Assembly (NCBI GenBank): GCA_963777955.1
Contig: CAVZSQ010000022.1
Coordinates: 352,001 to 416,000, forward strand
DNA: 64,000 nucleotides
Direction: 5' to 3'
DNA from: Calditrichia bacterium
Lineage (GTDB): Bacteria > Calditrichota > Calditrichia > JAJRVZ01
The position numbers and the translations under genes are program-made. Numbering within the stretch: the stretch's first letter is position 1; the number at the start of each line of letters is the position of its first letter. Under the pieces are notes generated by a model. It did no database searches. It was given only the letters and a program-made list of their open reading frames with translations, and had not been told where the DNA came from. Shown piece by piece: positions 31,457 to 43,505 of the stretch.

Positions 31457-34400
31457 CTATTGTGCCCGTGATGGCCACAATATTAATTTTTTACCGTTCT
31501 GCTCAAAGCCCAGTTTGATAAATTCACCAGCCAAATAATAGCCGGCAGCGGAATCGGAATTTATATTTTCGATCTCGATCCGTTTGCGCGGTCTTAATCC
31601 GGCCGGCAGTAATAGCCAGTTCTTTAAATGCTGCACCAGTGCGGGCAATATCTCGGCATAAAAACCATCCAGCATAACCAGGCGGGCGGCATAGTTTTCC
31701 AGATAAACCAGCGGCCGGCCTGAACTGAAAAGTAGATGATTGCCGGCAATTCGCGTTACAGCAACTTTTTCTTTCTTTTGATCGTAAATATTCCACTCAA
31801 TATTCCGGCCGAATGGCAAAGCCGGATCCATGGTACTCAATAAGACAGCAGGTATGGATTGCAGATCCTTATTAACAATTTTTTCCAGCAGGGCAACGGC
31901 CCGGGGCAGGGCATATTGTATTCCGGATAAACCTTCGATAAAATATCCACGCAGTATTTCGCCCCGCCATTCCAGTTTTTTTAACATCTGGAAAATCTTG
32001 TACCATGATTCAAATCCGTTCTCCAGACGGAACCACTCTTTTACCAGAATACCATGACGATTCAAAAGCAGGCGGGTCTGCTGCTCAACCCTTTCTTCCT
32101 CGCTCATGGTTTTCCCGGAAACAGCAAATGTTCCGGACAGAAACCAGCGACCGCTTTTCAGCTGCATTTTAGTTTTGATCCGTTGCTTTAACTCACCGCG
32201 GCCAGGTGCTCTTGATTTTAAATTATAGGACCTTTCGGCGGCGGCCGTCTCTCCCGGCGAGGAGAATCGTGAGGCAGAATTTATGACTTCCAGATATGTA
32301 TCGTAATCGTCGCAGGTAATCTCTCCTGCGGCAGTCAGGTCCTGTAAAGCAGTTTGAACTTGTAGCGGAGACAGGCTACTGCCACTTTCCAGATCGGCCA
32401 GGTAACTGGCCCCGTTTTCTTTAAGAAAATTAAGGATCGGGCGGGCTTGCTCAATGGCAGCAACAGTTGGATAATTTGAAAACATGTTACCACCGCCATG
32501 CGGAGTAAAAATCAATTGAACCCGGTTAGTCCCGGAATTTTGTGCGCGGATGTATACCTGGCCTGCCGCCAGAATTTGTCTCAGCCGGATCAGCGAGTCG
32601 GAATAAGATTCGGCCGGTTCTGTTAATTTGCGTGTGGCCAGGATTTCCCGCTCAAAGAAATAAAGCGGGAATGGAATACCCTGATAGTGTTCAATCAGGG
32701 CGGTTAAGGAGTAAGCTGCTGTGGAAATGCCATGCCAGTGTAATATGAATTCGTGATGATGCTGACGATTTGCTGCAGCATTGGCCAGGCGGCGCGAAGT
32801 AACCGCCTGGCGATATAAATAAGCGAAATTATTACGATCGCACCAGAGTGTGTCAGTCGCGGACGCGTCTTTGACCAGTTGACCGCTGACAACATCCCGG
32901 TTCTGCTGCAGGAAACGAAGCGCTTCATCCACCTGAGTTTGTTCAAACTTCAGCCGGGCACTTAGTTCCCGGCTGGTCAGCGGCCCCTGGCTGGACATGT
33001 ATTTCTGCAGACGGATGCGGATCTTTTCGGCATTCCAGGGTGGAGTATATAAATCCTGATCAGCTCTGCTGATCCATCCGCTGAGCGGGGACTGTACATA
33101 AGTAATTCTGTTTTGATCCTGCAATGTTTGTAACCAGTTACCGATCTGTGCATTAGCCCGTTGTTGCAGTCCACCGGTATCAAGGGGTCCCAGTTTTTCT
33201 ATGATCAGAAATAGATCTTCAGGTCCGCGGGCCCGGGTAGAATCGCTTAAATGCTGCCAGCGGTCATATGCCATTATAACACTTGCGGTGGTCAGCAGCG
33301 GTGGAATACTCTCCGAGTTCAATATCTCCGCCAGTAAATCACTGCTGACCATCGAAACTTCTGCACTCAACTGTACGCGGTCCCGTTCATACATCTGATT
33401 GGATAGGAAATTGAACAGCAGGCTGGAAGCCATGGCTGAAGGGAAAGGAGTATGTACTATATGAATCTGAATTTCCTGTGCCAGTATGTTTTTTATTAAT
33501 TTAAAAAGTGCAGGCAGGTCAAAGATGTCCTCCAGACAGGAGCGATAGGTTTCCAATATAATTGGAAAATCCTGAAGATCCCTGACCGTCTCCAGTAAAT
33601 CGGCGGCGCGCAAACGCTGCAACCACAGCGGAATTCTTTTTCCCGGATGCGAACGCTCCAGCAATAAAGCCCGGGCGGCATTATAACGGAATTGAATGGC
33701 GAAGAGGGGAGAAACGGTCAGGGCCTTTTTTAGCAGATGCTCAATTTCGTGCACCGGTATCCGAAAGAGCGGTTCCAGGGCCGGCGGCTCTACCATGGCC
33801 AGCAGCCGGATCAGAATTCCATCATCATTGTAGGACCAGCGGATCTCCGTTTGATATTGTTTTTCCAGGCTCGTTATCAGGACCAGAGCCCAGCAGGCAT
33901 TGACCCTTCCTCCAAAAGGGGCATGTATCACAATGTTCAGGTCGCCCATTTCGTCCTGAAACCATTCTACGACTATCTGCCGGTGCGTGGGTAAAAATCC
34001 GAGCTGGGCCTTCTGCCGCCGGGTATAATTAATAAGATTTGTGCTTGATTTTGGATCGAGATGATATTTAGTCTGAAGTTGATGCTCTAGTTGGGGTTGA
34101 TCCAGGTTTTCTGTCAGCCAGTGCCTGAAAGCGCCCACTCTCAGGCAGGTTTCATGATCGCGGGATGGTATTTCTCCCTTCCAGAACGGCGGACGAGGCC
34201 GGACGCTTTTAACCGGTGTAACGATAATCCTATCACGCTGGATGTTATCGATGCGCCATTCATGATTGCCCAGATAAAACACATCACCCACCCTGGATTC
34301 GAAAACGAATTCCTCTTCCATCTCACCCAACCGGATATTGCTGTCAGTCATCACCACGGCATAATATCCGCGATCGGGAATAGTACCGCCATTCATAATC

Positions 34401-35939
34401 GCCGTCAGCCTGGCCCCGGGCCGGGCAATCAGCAGATCATTAATTCTGTCCCAGGTCAGCCGGGGCTGCAGGGCCGGTAGTTTTTTATGGGCATAGTTGC
34501 CGGATAACATCTCCAGGGTCCGGTCCCATACCGGTAAAGTCAGATGGCGATAACAATAACTCTGCCGGAACAGGTTGAACAAATCCAGACGTTTCTGAAT
34601 ATGGCTGGCGACCTCAGCTAAAATTTGCTGAGCCAGGATATCCAGGCAATTTTCAGGAATAACAGTTTCCTCGATCGTGCCCTGTTCCAGGCAGGAAGAC
34701 AACGCAGCGGCATCATCCAGATCGGAGGGGTACAAGGGAATAATAATACCCTTACTGGTCTGCTCCAGCATGTGTCCGCTGCGGCCGATACGCTGTAAGG
34801 AACCGGAAATACTTTTCGGCGCTTCCAGTTGAACCACCAGGTCAATACTGCCGATATCAATACCCAATTCCAGGGAAGCCGTAGCTACCACCGCGGGCAG
34901 GGTTCCATTTTTCAAGCGGCTCTCGATTTCGAAACGCATTTCCCTGGACATACTGCCGTGATGCGGAAAAACCAGTTCAGTTTGCGGATCTCCTGTCTGC
35001 TGGTGGTGCAATTCATTCAACTGCCGGGCAATTTTTTCGGTCTGGGCCCGCATATTAGCAAAGATCAGAGTTGTTTTGTGCTGCCGGATCAGGTTGTACA
35101 GCGTTTGAATAACGGACGGCCAGACAGTGGGCTGGGGCAGGTCAGAGAAATCATCCACCGGCGAGAGCACCTGCAGCAGCAATTTTTTATGACGCGGACA
35201 TTCCACAATTGTCACCGGTCGCGGGTGGAAAGTGTCATCTCCGGCCCTGTATTTTTGTCCACCCAGGAAATCAGCAATACGCTGCAAGGGGCGTTGGGTA
35301 GCAGAGAGTCCGATCCGCACCGGTTCAGTTTCACTAAGCGACATCAGACGTTCCAGTGATAAACTGAGATGAACCCCGCGCTTATTATTACTCAAGGCAT
35401 GGATTTCATCTATGATCAGGTAGCGAACATTATGAAAAATTTCCCGGCCCCGCGCTGAAGTCAATAAAAGATATAATGATTCCGGTGTGGTGATCAGAAT
35501 ATGGGGAGGTTTCTGTACTATGGTGCGTCGAACTGCCGCAGGAGTATCACCGGTGCGCACCAATACATTAATATCAGGACAGGTCAGGCCTGTTGCAACT
35601 GCCTGGCGACTGATTCCATTCAGGGGTGTCTGTAAATTACGCTGAATGTCATTATTCAATGCTTTTAATGGCGATACATACAGAGTGTGCACCCCGGTTA
35701 AATTTTTCTGAAAAGATTTTACCCGGTTGGCTTAAACCCTTGCAGAATAAATCATTGATACACCATAAAAAAGCAGCCAGGGTTTTGCCGGACCCGGTGG
35801 GGGACAGTATTAGCGTATGGTTGCCTGAAGCGATAGCCGGCCACCCTTTAATCTGTGGAGGACTGGCCTGGTTGTACTGCTGGCGGAACCAGGCGGAAAT
35901 GACCGGATGAAAAAGATCAAGAACATTTTTTAATGACAT
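31457..35939 (-). CDS. lhr: large ATP-dependent helicase Lhr (frameshift near 35690)
   Basis: PTGSGKT in the 5' ORF; DEIH, SAT, HHGS, ELGIDIG, QRIGRSGH; C-terminal RGYFIEGLSG and DPA region. Confidence 0.93.
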
Positions 35940-36128
35940 ACTACAAATTACTCTAATCAGGCAAAGAAATAAAAAAAAATATTTTTAAAATAGAAATATT
36001 ATATTAATATATGTAAAAAATGACCATGCCACCGGAAAGGGGCTATAGCCAACTGATATTTCGGACGGTACGATAAGATTAACTATCAGGAAAAATAATC
36101 AAGAAATAAAATAAAAGGTATATTTAAT

Positions 36129-36341
36129 ATGCACATGCAAAACCATAAAACCTGTCCAAAATGCGATAAGAGCATGATCAAAGGCCGGCTTTATATCGTA
36201 GCTCCGGAAAAAAGCGGTGCGGATCGTATATTTAATTATGTGAATTGGGAAGCCACCGACGAAAGAAAATTTGACGGTCTATTTGCTTATAAATGCGAAA
36301 ACTGCGGTTTTATCGAATACTACGTCAAAAAGAAAACCTGA
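36129..36341 (+). CDS. small zinc-ribbon protein
   Basis: CPKC ... AYKCENCGFIEYY. Confidence 0.75.
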   Translation: MHMQNHKTCPKCDKSMIKGRLYIVAPEKSGADRIFNYVNWEATDERKFDGLFAYKCENCGFIEYYVKKKT

Positions 36342-36455
36342 GTTTTTCTCGAATTTCCTCATATTATAATCAGGATCAGCCTTAATTCTTATCACCCATC
36401 ATGGATTGCTCTCCATGATCATCGTTCATCAGGTTCCATCAGCAAAGAGGTTACC

Positions 36456-37238
36456 ATGGATCTTGGTTTAAAAAATAAAGTTGCGCTGATCAGCGGCGGC
36501 AGCCGGGGTATCGGTAAAGGTATCGCTTCAGCATTGTTGCAGGAAGGATGCCGGGTTGTGATTTGCGCCCGGAATAATGAACAGTTGCAAAACGCGGTCA
36601 AAGAATTGAAGCAGACCACCGCCGCCGAAGGTATCCTGCCGGTGCAGGCGGATATCACCCGTAGCGGGGATGTGGAGAAAATTGTTAAAACAGTCATTGC
36701 CGGGTTCGGTCGAATTGACATCCTGATTAATAATGCCGGTGGTAACCGGCGTAAACCTTTTGAACAAACCACCGATAGCGACTGGCAGGAAATGCTGGAT
36801 TTGAATCTCAATGCTCATATTCAGCTAAGTCGCAGCGTAATTCCCTTTATGAAGGAACAGATGCAGGGAGCGATTGTTTTCATCTCTTCGATATTCGGCC
36901 GGGAATCGGGAGGAACGACCCTGAGTATTTATAATACAACCAAGTCAGCATTGATCAGCCTGGCCAAAATAATGGCGGTGGAGTTGGCGCCGTTTGGTAT
37001 CAGGGTTAACAGCGTTGCACCCGGCTCCATTCGGTTTGCCGGTGGTAGTTGGGACGAACGGGCTAAAAAAGATCCCCAGGGTATTGCCGAGTTCATTAAA
37101 CGGGAAATGCCGCTGGGACGATTTGGTACGGTCGAGGAAGTAGCCAATGTAGTGACGTTTTTAGTTTCGGAGAAAGCCGGTCTGGTTACGGGAGCATGCA
37201 TTAATATCGATGGGGGACAATCCAGATCGTTAATCTGA
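36456..37238 (+). CDS. short-chain dehydrogenase/reductase
   Basis: SGGSRGIG, NNAG, YNTTK, IDGG. Confidence 0.93.
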   Translation: MDLGLKNKVALISGGSRGIGKGIASALLQEGCRVVICARNNEQLQNAVKELKQTTAAEGILPVQADITRSGDVEKIVKTVIAGFGRIDILINNAGGNRRKPFEQTTDSDWQEMLDLNLNAHIQLSRSVIPFMKEQMQGAIVFISSIFGRESGGTTLSIYNTTKSALISLAKIMAVELAPFGIRVNSVAPGSIRFAGGSWDERAKKDPQGIAEFIKREMPLGRFGTVEEVANVVTFLVSEKAGLVTGACINIDGGQSRSLI

Positions 37239-37260
37239 TTTCCTGCTCTGCTGCCTTCAA

Positions 37261-38331
37261 TTATTTAAAACGCGTAATAGTCAAATATAAGTAGCGGGTT
37301 TGCTGCGGATCGGGTTTCCATTGCACCAGGATTGGACTTTGATATTTACCGCGCAGAATTTCGGCGAAATTTCCGTTCTGAGTATTGGAAACCAGGAAAC
37401 TGACGCTTCGTTTTACACGCAAAAACCGTTCAGCAGGAAAAGCGATGAATTTAGAAAGAATTTTTTCTAGAGCAGATTGGCTGATATGAAGGGCATCCAT
37501 TAATTCGTTGAAAATAAGAACCAGGTCGTACTTGGCATACTCTTTGGTCCGTTGAGCTAATATCTCCGGATGATGAATAATATATTTCCCCTTTTCACTC
37601 ATAAATTCCAGCGGATTCTTCAGAACCTCCAGCAGATCATGGGTCATTAATAAAGTTTCGTATTCGTTAACAGTTAAACCGGCATGCTTTTCGGCAGGAT
37701 CCAGGGCAATATCAACACGCCCCTGCTCAATCTCATATTCACTCAGTAAACTGGTTATTTTCTCGAGATAGCCCAGTTTAGGATCGCGTAAATTGATCGA
37801 ATCGACCAGGTGTCTGGAAACCGGAACGCCGACGCGGTGTCTGTAGACGACTTCTTCCTGGTTGTAAAACATAACCTTGCTGTGCCGGCTGCGCTGACCG
37901 TGTTCATGAACACCATCCAGATCGATAAAATAAACGGGCGTCTCGGGTTTGTTCGTGTAGGTTACGCAATTTTTTAACCCGGAACCGATGAAGGTAAGAT
38001 GCGAATCAGCATTTTTGGGTTCACTTTTGCGTTCCAGATCAGTTAACTCGCTGCGCAGTTCCAGTTGATCGTGACGGTAATCGGCATGTAGCGGAAAGAG
38101 TTGTTTGAAGGCATTGATGTAAGAAGCAATGCGCTCTTTCTCGTAGTGCAGTCTGGCCACCAGGCTCTGCTCCAGGTACCCGGCCGTCGTGTGAAATGAA
38201 GTGTAAGTCGCCCTCTGATAGAGCGCGCGATCAACGGTCAATTTCTCCAATACCAGTTTACTCATCTCGATAATGTCAAATCGTGAACTGGGCATAACAT
38301 CCAGGGAAATTTCCTGGGGTACTGCGTGCAT
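37261..38331 (-). CDS. tandem YjbQ/UPF0047-like protein
   Basis: HTTAG, DYRHD and NADSHL in the N-half; HAGLTVNE and GKYQS in the C-half. Confidence 0.65.
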   Translation of the reverse strand: MHAVPQEISLDVMPSSRFDIIEMSKLVLEKLTVDRALYQRATYTSFHTTAGYLEQSLVARLHYEKERIASYINAFKQLFPLHADYRHDQLELRSELTDLERKSEPKNADSHLTFIGSGLKNCVTYTNKPETPVYFIDLDGVHEHGQRSRHSKVMFYNQEEVVYRHRVGVPVSRHLVDSINLRDPKLGYLEKITSLLSEYEIEQGRVDIALDPAEKHAGLTVNEYETLLMTHDLLEVLKNPLEFMSEKGKYIIHHPEILAQRTKEYAKYDLVLIFNELMDALHISQSALEKILSKFIAFPAERFLRVKRSVSFLVSNTQNGNFAEILRGKYQSPILVQWKPDPQQTRYLYLTITRFK

Positions 38332-38583
38332 TTCAATCTCCGTAACTGTTATTCATACGGTTTGTATTACCCACTCCCGCTAAGCGGCCAGCAATGCAAG
38401 TTATCGTTCCAACCCAAAGTCCAAAAATATACAGATTCCCCCTCAGATTAACAATACAATTGACGCTGTCAATTGTAATATTATTCCAAAAATTCTGAAT
38501 ATAATATTTATAGTCTATAACCACTAGTGATTTGGATCATATCAGGAGCTGAAAACTAACAAAAGATACTTTGCGGCATAAAT

Positions 38584-38611
38584 TCAGGGGTACAAAATTT
38601 TGTACCCCTGA
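38584..38611. repeat. perfect 28-bp palindrome (REP-like or terminator) after the ferritin gene
   Basis: tcaggggtacaaaattttgtacccctga. Confidence 0.7.
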
Positions 38612-38628
38612 CAGTCGCTAAGCAAATA

Positions 38629-39126
38629 CTATTCTTCTTCAGCCAGCTTGGCTATCGCTCTATCGATCATGTACACGGTGCGTTTATCCGTACCGATCAG
38701 TTTAATTTTATCCAGGATCCTGCTGAACGAAGTTTCTTCTTCATGCTGTTCGCTGACGAACCATTGTATGAAATTATGTGTAGACAGGTCTTTGTCTTTC
38801 CAGGCGGTCTCCGCTATATCATGGATGCGCTTGGTAACCTGTTTCTCGTGCTCCAGAGATTTTTTAAAAATTTCTTCAATTGAATCATAATCGGTAGGCG
38901 GTGCATCCAATTTCCCCACTACCGCCATTTCACCGGATTCCAGTACATATTCGAATATCTTATGCATGTGAACTAATTCTTCCTTGGCCTGCTTTTTCAT
39001 AAATTTAGCACACCCTTCCAGTCCCTGTGTATCAGCCCAGGAAGCCATTTGCAGATAGACATTCGAAGAATAAAATTCAAAATTGATCTGTTTGTTCAAC
39101 TTATCAAGCATCACTTTGGTCAACAT
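38629..39126 (-). CDS. ftnA: non-heme ferritin
   Basis: QINFEFYSSNVYLQM, EELVHM, EHEKQVT, QWFVSEQHEEE ferroxidase residues. Confidence 0.95.
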   Translation of the reverse strand: MLTKVMLDKLNKQINFEFYSSNVYLQMASWADTQGLEGCAKFMKKQAKEELVHMHKIFEYVLESGEMAVVGKLDAPPTDYDSIEEIFKKSLEHEKQVTKRIHDIAETAWKDKDLSTHNFIQWFVSEQHEEETSFSRILDKIKLIGTDKRTVYMIDRAIAKLAEEE

Positions 39127-39296
39127 ATCGACTCCTTCTCATGTTTAATGAACGCTAACTCTATTACTTCAATTGATTTAGTGTCAGCAACCAGGTCATA
39201 TCGATCATTACCTGCGGATCAACGTCATCTAACTCCTTATTCCGGTAGACCTTAATGACCTGATGACCGTAACCGTTTATCGATTCAACTATAATT

Positions 39297-39315
39297 TATA
39301 ATGATAAAATTAAGC
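39297..39315. promoter_or_regulatory. possible Fur/PerR-type box upstream of ferritin
   Basis: TATAATGATAAAATTAAGC, 13/19 match to the E. coli Fur consensus; the region is AT-rich, so the match is weak. Confidence 0.3.
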
Positions 39316-39349
39316 AAATTATTCCTTTTTAGCCAAGGCTTTTACTAAA

Positions 39350-39760
39350 TCAGGTCGATTTGGTCAGATAAGTTTCCATTACTGTACGTAGTTGTCCCTC
39401 CATCGGCAGAACCTGGTTGGTCTGAGTATCTATGGCTACAAAGGTGATATCCGCATCGGCGATACGCTGATCACTTTCGGCCCGGTATATTTCCTGGTGG
39501 ATTTTTGCACTTTTGCCGCCCAGTTTCACCATCTCAGTCCGGATTTCCAGGATATAATCCAGCAGGGCCGGTTGGCGATAATTTATATTTATATTCACCA
39601 CGACAAAAGCGAATCCCTTTTTTTCAAACTCGGAAATCGGCATAACCTGCTCGATAAAAGACCAGCGGGCTTCTTCTAAGAATTCAAGATAGCGGGCATG
39701 ATTCACATGACCGTACATATCCAGATGGTATCCCCGGATTTTAATGGTAATCAGATGCAT
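39350..39760 (-). CDS. YbgC/FadM-family acyl-CoA thioesterase
   Basis: RGYHLDMYGHVNHARYLEFLEEAR. Confidence 0.92.
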   Translation of the reverse strand: MHLITIKIRGYHLDMYGHVNHARYLEFLEEARWSFIEQVMPISEFEKKGFAFVVVNININYRQPALLDYILEIRTEMVKLGGKSAKIHQEIYRAESDQRIADADITFVAIDTQTNQVLPMEGQLRTVMETYLTKST

Positions 39761-39949
39761 CTTTATTCCTTTCTACTGCGACTTTTTTCAGGCCACCCTG
39801 GCAGGCAATTGGTTAAACTTAATAAAAATTTCTTATTTTTTCATTTACCTTGAGTTATTTATCCGGATTTACTGTTGAAGAGTATAAAAAGAATGAGTAT
39901 GAAAATTAAACAGAATTTAAACAATCAGCACTATCAAAGAGGAGGAATT

Positions 39950-42344
39950 ATGAATCCAGCATCAAACTTTTTAAAAGCGGTCCTACCTGCTGCGCTGTTT
40001 TTTTTACAGATCCCGGCCTGGGGGCAGGAACCGGAAACAGGCGAGGATAAAACGTTATCCCCCTATTTTTTTGTTAAAAGCGACGATTCCAGTACCGATC
40101 AATTACCGTTGAAAAGTACCTCCGCCGATGTGACTATCAGCGGGGTTATCGCCGATGTTAAAGTCACGCAGGTTTACAAAAATGAAGGCAAGAACACCCT
40201 GGAAGCAATTTACATTTTTCCCGCTTCTACCCGGGCGGCAGTGTACAATATGATCATGACCATCGGTGAAAGAACGATCACTGCAAAAATCAAGGAACGC
40301 GAACAGGCCCGCCAGGACTATGAACAGGCCAGAGCGGAAGGTAAAAGCGCCTCTTTGCTGGAACAGCAACGGCCCAATGTATTTCAGATGAATGTGGCCA
40401 ACATTCTGCCGGGAGATGAAATAAAAGTCGAACTATTTTATACCGAGTTGCTGGTACCCACTGAAAAAATATATGAATTTGTATATCCTACGGTGGTGGG
40501 ACCACGCTATTCCAATAAACCGGAAGCAACGGCCAGGCCTAATGATAAATGGGTCAAGAATCCTTATCTCCACGAAGGAGAGGCAGCCCCTTATATGTTT
40601 GATATAAAGGTGTCACTGGCAGCCGGGATGCCCATCAAGGAAATCACCTGTCCTTCGCACCCTGTGTCTGTAAATTACGAAGGCAAATCCCTGGCTCAGA
40701 TCAGTCTGCCGGCAGGGTTCAAAGACGGCGGCAACCGCGATTTTATTCTGCACTATCGTCTGGCCGGAGATCAGATTGAATCGGGATTATTGCTATACGA
40801 AGGTGAAAAAGAGAAATTCTTTTTACTGCTGATGCAGCCGCCGGTACGGGTCAGACCCAAGGATCTGCCGCCGCGCGAATATATATTTATTCTTGATGTT
40901 TCCGGATCCATGAATGGTTTCCCCCTGGACATCTCCAAAAAATTATTTAAAGACCTGATCAATAATTTAACAACCGGCGATAAATTCAATTTAATCCTGT
41001 TTGCCGGAGGTTCCCGGGTTTTCTCCGAACATTCTGTCGCCGCTAACCAGCAGAATGTTAAAAAAGCGATTCAGGTAATTGATAATGAGCAGGGCGGCGG
41101 CGGAACCGAATTACTACCTGCCTTGCAGCAGGCCCTGGCGCTGCCCGGTGAAGAGAACATGGCCCGCACCGTATTGATTCTGACCGACGGTTATGTTGAT
41201 GTGGAAAAAGAAGCCTTTGAACTTATCCGTAAAAATTTAGGCCGGGCTAACTTTTTTGCCTTCGGGATTGGCTCTTCGGTTAACCGTTTCCTGATCGAGG
41301 GTATAGCCAGAGTGGGCCAGGCCGAGTCGTTCGTGGTGACCCAGCAGGATCAGGCCGAAGCCACCGGGGAAAAATTCAGAAAATATGTATTATCACCAGT
41401 ATTGAGTAAGATTAAAGTCGATTACAACGGTTTTGCAGTATACGATGTTGAACCTTTGAGTATCCCCGATATTCTGGCCGAACGCCCGGTAATTATTTTT
41501 GGTAAGTACAAAGGCATCTGCCACCGGAACAATAGCATTAAAAGGAATTTCCGGCGGAGGTCATACTTATTCTACAATTTTACAGGTTAACAATTCAAAG
41601 CCTGGTGTGAATTATAAAGCGTTGAAATACCTGTGGGCCCGGCAGCGGCTTTCGATACTGGCGGATTTTAACCAGATAGCCGGAAACGATGAATTGAAGA
41701 ACGAAATTACCCGGTTGGGTCTGGCCTACAATTTACTGACCGATTTTACTTCTTTCGTGGCCATCGATGAACAGGTACGCAATGTAAACGGCAAAATCGT
41801 CCGCGTCGAACAACCTTTACCTCTGCCCCAGGGGGTGTCGGACTATGCCGTGGGTGACATGTCTGCAGCCGGCAGTGTCGGAATGGGTTATGCACCATCT
41901 GTCCAAATGCGTGGTGTGCAAAAATCTCTGAGTAGAGAAGCGTTGCCGGTGACTATTCCTGATGTGGAGAATGCAGTAGATGGTATCGATCTTAAACAGG
42001 ATGAAATTACCATACAGGTGAAGGTGACGAAAGTCAAAACAAGTATATCCTCAGCGAAAAACGCCGTAACAACTTTTATAAATACTCACCTCGCTGACCT
42101 TGAACAATGCTATGAGCAGAATATCACCGCTGACAATACTAATGTCATTACAGGTGAAGTAATAATTCAATTCACATTGAAACAAGACGGACAGATTGAA
42201 AATATCGTTTTTACTAAAAATGAAATAGTTGCACAAAATTTTGAATCATGTCTGCTGCAATTAATCAAGTCCTGGAACATAAAGACCGGTGGCAATTACA
42301 ATCAGATTTCCGTTGAATGTACCCTGCAATTCGATAACCGGTAA
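39950..42344 (+). CDS. secreted VIT + vWA domain protein with C-terminal AgmX/PglI (TonB-C-like) domain (frameshift near 41517)
   Basis: GGAGGA RBS, signal peptide, VIT (EAIYIFP...FQMNVANI), MIDAS DVSGSM/GGTE/LTDG, LLTDFTSFVA, LEQCYE...ESCLL..IKSW. Confidence 0.87.
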
Positions 42345-42351
42345 TCAGGAG

Positions 42352-43477
42352 ATGGAAGCCATGAAAATAGCAAATAACAAAACACAAGTCGCCGCCGCTG
42401 TGGCGGCGACTCATGCCGTGGGATATCAAATTACCGTCTTCCCCCACGAGTTTGAGCGTCATATTTTGCAGGAATTGGACAGGCGGTTTTACATTATATT
42501 AGGTTGTGCTCTGGTATTTGTATACGGTATCGTATTCAGTCTGGCCTCAGTTAAATATGATACGGCGAAGATGGATGAGCAGGCTCGTCAGCGTTACCTG
42601 GAGAAGTTTTATCAGGCGGCCCTGGTGACGGATGAGATGATCGCGGAAGAGGAGAAGACTGATGAGTTAGGGATGGGTGAACAGGAAGAGGAGCAGAAGG
42701 TGGATGAGCGTGCGTCGCGGTACCAGGGCCGGGCTGGTGAAGCCGGCGGAGGTGCCTCGGCCCGCGAGGTAGCGGAAGAGCGCCGGGCAGCAGCGGCAGC
42801 CCGCGGGGCGGCACGCCGGGCGATGGAATCGCAGATAGCCGGGACGGGGGTACTGGGTGTACTTTCGGCCGGCGGCGGCAGCGGCAGCGGTGATGCGGTG
42901 GCGGATGTATTGGGCGATGCCGGCGGCAGCGGATTGGGTGCTGGGTAACCTGGAAGATGTATTATCGGGCGTTGGTGGCTTGGCCACGGCGACCTCCAGC
43001 GGCCAGCGTACGCGTGTGGGCAGTGTCGGCGGCGGCCGGGCGACCGGGTCGGCGGATGTAGGTGAACTGCTGTCGGGGATCGGCTCGGCGGGCTCGGCGA
43101 GCGTCGGGCGCAAGGGCACGATCCAGATGACGCTGGATGCGGCGCGGGTGACGGGAACGGGTACCAAGGCAGCCAACCGCAGCGGCGAGGAGATATCGCG
43201 GACGATCAATACGCATAACGATGCTGTTGAGTACTGCTACAAGCGGGAAGCGAAGTTGAATCCGAATCTGAAGGGCGATATCCTGATTGAATTTATTATC
43301 GGGTATGACGGCCGGGTAGGCACGGCGCGGGTGACCCAGTCATCGTTGCAGAACAAGACGGTGGAAAGTTGCATTATCAGCCGTGTACGCGGCTGGCGTT
43401 TCAAGCCGATCGGCCAGGCCGAGGGTGATGTGACGGTACGGCAGAAATATATATTTCGGGTAATGACCCCCCTGTAG
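42352..43477 (+). CDS. single-TM protein with Gly/Ala-rich linker and AgmX/PglI (TonB-C-like) domain (frameshift near 42940)
   Basis: TM helix, GVLGVL motif, VEYCYKREAKLNPNLKG...VESCII.RVRGWRF. Confidence 0.8.
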
Positions 43478-43505
43478 GTAGAGGGCGCGGTAACCGCGCC
43501 CTTAC
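43478..43505. repeat. GTAG-type REP-like palindrome between convergent genes
   Basis: gtagagggcgcggt-a-accgcgcccttac. Confidence 0.6.

Noticed and set aside
39190..39265. caggtcat/atgacctg long-range pairing in the ferritin leader
   Set aside because: A single 8-bp complement with no recognisable RNA family
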